NCBI GenBank assembly: GCA_023213395.1 | Contig: CM041465.1 | Location: 199,399,741-199,463,740 of the forward strand | Source of the DNA: Cycas panzhihuaensis | Taxonomy: Eukaryota > Plantae > Cycadophyta | Direction of reading: 5' to 3' | Length of the DNA: 64,000 nucleotides | Part shown: piece by piece, positions 60,586-64,000 of the stretch | How the letters are laid out: each line of letters starts with the position of its first letter | Position numbering within the stretch: the first letter of the stretch is position 1 | Translations under genes and position numbers: made by a program | Notes under the pieces: model-generated | Databases searched by the model: none | Told to the model about the DNA's origin: nothing | Seen by the model: only the letters and a program-made list of their open reading frames with translations

Positions 60586-62814
60586 TTCCCAGTTTCAACA
60601 CAGGGAAGTATTGGAGAGTATATTATGAAGTCCAAGGCATAGTAAGTTAAACAATGCAAACCATTCTACGTGGCTCCTACAACGTTGGCTCAGTTACATC
60701 ATTCATTATGTACACATGGAATATATCCTTAGAATGTTGATGGAAATTTACAAAAGCAAGCTTTTGCATTGCTCAGACTGCCCTGTGCATTTCGTGCGTA
60801 TTAGATCTTATTCATATTCAAAAATTTTATATGGTCAATAAGAATTAATGATGATGTTAATACCATAGGCGCTCATAATTTTTGTAGATGTTGCTTGGCA
60901 ACACAGCTTAATATAGAGTAATGAAAACACTAAAGTAGCAGTTGTCTGAATTACTGCGACTTTCCATATGACTTGTTTATGCTACAATGTTCTACATCTC
61001 TAGGGGGATTTCAGATCAGATCATCCAATTGGTCTGAAATTTGGTGTACCATATTTGTTTATGACATTGATATTTTATGGAGCAAGCATTTTTGTCATTT
61101 GCTTTGAGGCACTCGTAACAGTTGGATTTTTGGATCAGGAGCATGTATGTGCTTGCTGGCCTGTTAACTGAAGCTGCACATCTTATTTTCTGGGGTGGTA
61201 TGCACCAGAAGTGTTCCTGTGATCAATTTTTTGGTATGCCATCAAATGCTTTTATCCATAGTTAAACTTGATGATTTCATCAACAAAGAATTCTGTGGTG
61301 TGAAGAATATGGGGCTTGATGCTTCATATCTTGGTAACTTTAGCATCATTGCCAATCAAATCTCAGCGACTAGGATTTGATTTCATACGATTGCATTGGT
61401 TGCTAATATAAGGTTACTCTTCAAGGTATAGGCGGAAGATTAGTGGCCTTTCCGTGGTGCAGTTGGGCAAGAGCTTGAAATGAACTCCTTTATTTCCTTT
61501 CATCTCTTTATGATGTAATGGTAACCTATTTATTTTGTAATATCTCCTTGCTGCTCGAATAATGCCTTTATGAGCTAGTTAAGAAATGAAAACCTAATGC
61601 TTTGTTTGTGCAGCTCATTTTGTGGCGTGGTCAAATGATTCTTGATGTTTTTGGATCATTCTCCTTGCAGTGTGCTGTGTTGGGTTAGGAAACATAGAAG
61701 ACTGATGAATTATTCCAATCAGGTTCCTTGCATGCTTCTATTAGAGTTTTTACTTTGTTCTAATTGTATTTGGTTTCTCATTATGTCTTCAGTGTATGAT
61801 TTTGATATCTTTATGCTAACTTTTTTGTCCTTAATTTGCAGTTACACACTATGAAAGGAGTCCTTTGGAGAAACAGACAATGAAACATGGCAAGCTCTAA
61901 ATATCATTTGCCATGTGAAGTTTGCGTTGCTTTACCATCTTTTATTCCTTGAGAAAGATAAGGGAGAGTTGTACTGTTCTAAGCGTTCTTTGTCATGTTT
62001 GCTATGCGAAGTTCATGTTTACAATCTGAAGTTGGTTTTTCCTTACCTTCTTTTTTCCCTTGAGAAAGACAAAAGGGACAATTGTCGTGGCACCAATCAT
62101 TGCCATTTGAAATTATTTAGATCTCCTCTATGAGGATGTTGTGAGGTTTTAAATGCCACACGTTCACATCATGCATACATTTGATGTGTATGGGTTCAAG
62201 ATATTTTCTTTTACCTTGTTCACATGTATTATAGGTCATAAAATTCTCTACCGTAATTGTTGTAACCATTATACCAGCAAGATATTACACATAAAATCTA
62301 GTAGATAACATTCATGTGTTTACTTGCACTTATGTTGTGTTCACCGTGTGATATGTGTGTTAGAGTCATTTATTGAATTGGACTGATTGACTCATTTACA
62401 TCTCTTTTTTGCTCTGGTTTGGAGCCTGATTGAACAGAAATACTCATTTTCTTTTTTTGTGTCAGATATGAAAGGGTATAAGATGGAGGTGGTTTTACAA
62501 TGCTGGCCATGCTATGATGCCCAGAGCGCCCTGATAAGGGTATGTGACAGATTGCAGCTACTATTTTCAGCATTCAATAATCCTCAATTTACTCAAATTT
62601 CAGCCTTGTAACTGGCAACTGGAGTAAATGGTTATGAATATCTGTATGTGGCATCTATACATGCTTACCTAGCCTGAACAGCAATACAATTGGGCTACGT
62701 GTGCTCGTTGGATTGCATTTATTCGGCTATGTCTGACTCTGTAAAGAAGATGTTCTTACCATTTTAGTCATTGATTGTTGCTTATGTTTAGGTTTCTAGA
62801 TACAGAAGTGGTTG

Positions 62815-63192
62815 TGTACACATTAGAAATCTTAGAAATCCTAATTGTATGGTGTACTACCTGTCTAATGGAGGAGGCATTTTGAGGCTTTTTCATGATT
62901 GATGCCTTATATTTTGAAGTCCCTTAAGTTTCCATGACATGATTTTTATTAGTAGTCCAAAGAGAAATACAAATATAAGGGGCTTCTAGCGAATGAACCT
63001 AAATGTACACATTAGAAATCTTAGAAATCCTAATTGTATGGTGTACTACCTGTCTAATGGAGGAGGCATTTTGAGGCTTTTTCATGATTGATGCCTTATA
63101 TTTTGAAGTCCCTTAAGTTTCCATGACATGATTTTTATTAGTAGTCCAAAGAGAAATACAAATATAAGGGGCTTCTAGCGAATGAACCTAAA
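62815..63192. repeat. Perfect 189-bp tandem duplication
   Basis: 62815..63003 and 63004..63192 are identical by eye. Confidence 0.95.
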
Positions 63193-64000
63193 TTTGTCAG
63201 ATTTTTTTATTTATCCTTTGTAGCTTGTAAAAGCATAAAGAGAGATCCTAATGTTGTGTTAAGAGGTCGAGGGTGAGTGGCATTGTAGTAGGATTTAACT
63301 TGATTTTACTTGTAACGTTACTATAAGTGCAAAATGCATTGATTAATTTTCATTTTAGAAAATGAGAACCCTGAAGTTCCTTGCAGAGTTGTGTGTAGGA
63401 AATATCAAAATATGCTAAAATATTTAAATTTTTAGAAAATGTAGGTTTATGGCATAGTTCTTACTATTTAGGGCTTCACAGCATTTCAAGTGTAGTTTTC
63501 AATGCACTTGGAAACATGTTTTTGTATATTATGTTGTTCGAAATTCAAAGTGCCCTCTAGATGTGTGTCTGACAGTGTAACTTACAAGTTTGTCTCTTAA
63601 ATTATTGTTTGCATAATGTTTTTTGTATGGTATAAAACAAATTAGAAGTGCACACATGTAGCTTGTACACCTTTGTCCTTGTATTGCTAAGCATTACTCA
63701 TTACCTCGAACACCTCTTCTACTTGCTTGGAATACTCTATAACACTATGCAATTTTTGATTAAAAAACTTAGGGGTAAAAGCTCTACCCTATTTTGAATG
63801 GGAGCAACTTGCATGCAAGCTAAGGATCATTTCAAATATTTTTGACATATCAAAGATTTGCATTTTTGAGTATAAGTAATTTATAAATTTGCATCAAACA
63901 TGCATGTTTTACAAATTTTGAGTGGTTATATCAAAATTAAAAAATAAATTATACCCTATGTTTTAAATCAGGATACTCCTTTTACAAGTTGATATTGACA

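Noticed and set aside
60586-60642. Stop-codon read-through extension of FAB1 (18 further open codons)
   Set aside because: A short open stretch is expected by chance, and there is no recognisable read-through motif.

Overview
Land-plant nuclear DNA. The gene architecture suggests a gymnosperm or another large-genome lineage, but the species cannot be determined from sequence alone. The window holds one complete, apparently intact gene on the + strand: a FAB1/PIKfyve 1-phosphatidylinositol-3-phosphate 5-kinase (FYVE, CCT/TCP-1-like and PIPK domains) with 11 coding exons, 11725..60585, 6153 nt, ~2050 aa. Nine introns are 88-247 nt, one of them GC-AG. Intron 4 is 41,403 nt (14172..55574) and holds a nested stack of transposons: a hAT relic, a LINE relic, a full-length CRM-like Gypsy, four Copia elements, a tRNA-derived SINE, two non-autonomous non-chromovirus Gypsy elements and a deleted Reina-like chromovirus. 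Upstream are a Copia 5' end, decayed repeats, an 87-bp promoter duplication and a CpG-rich leader with several uORFs. Downstream is a perfect 189-bp tandem duplication. I found no wholly new gene system. The most unusual signal is a dense cluster of G<->C transversions between the two LTRs of the CRM-like element, mirrored across a hairpin. Other leads are a recursive-splice/micro-exon-like site in the giant intron and the uORF-rich leader.
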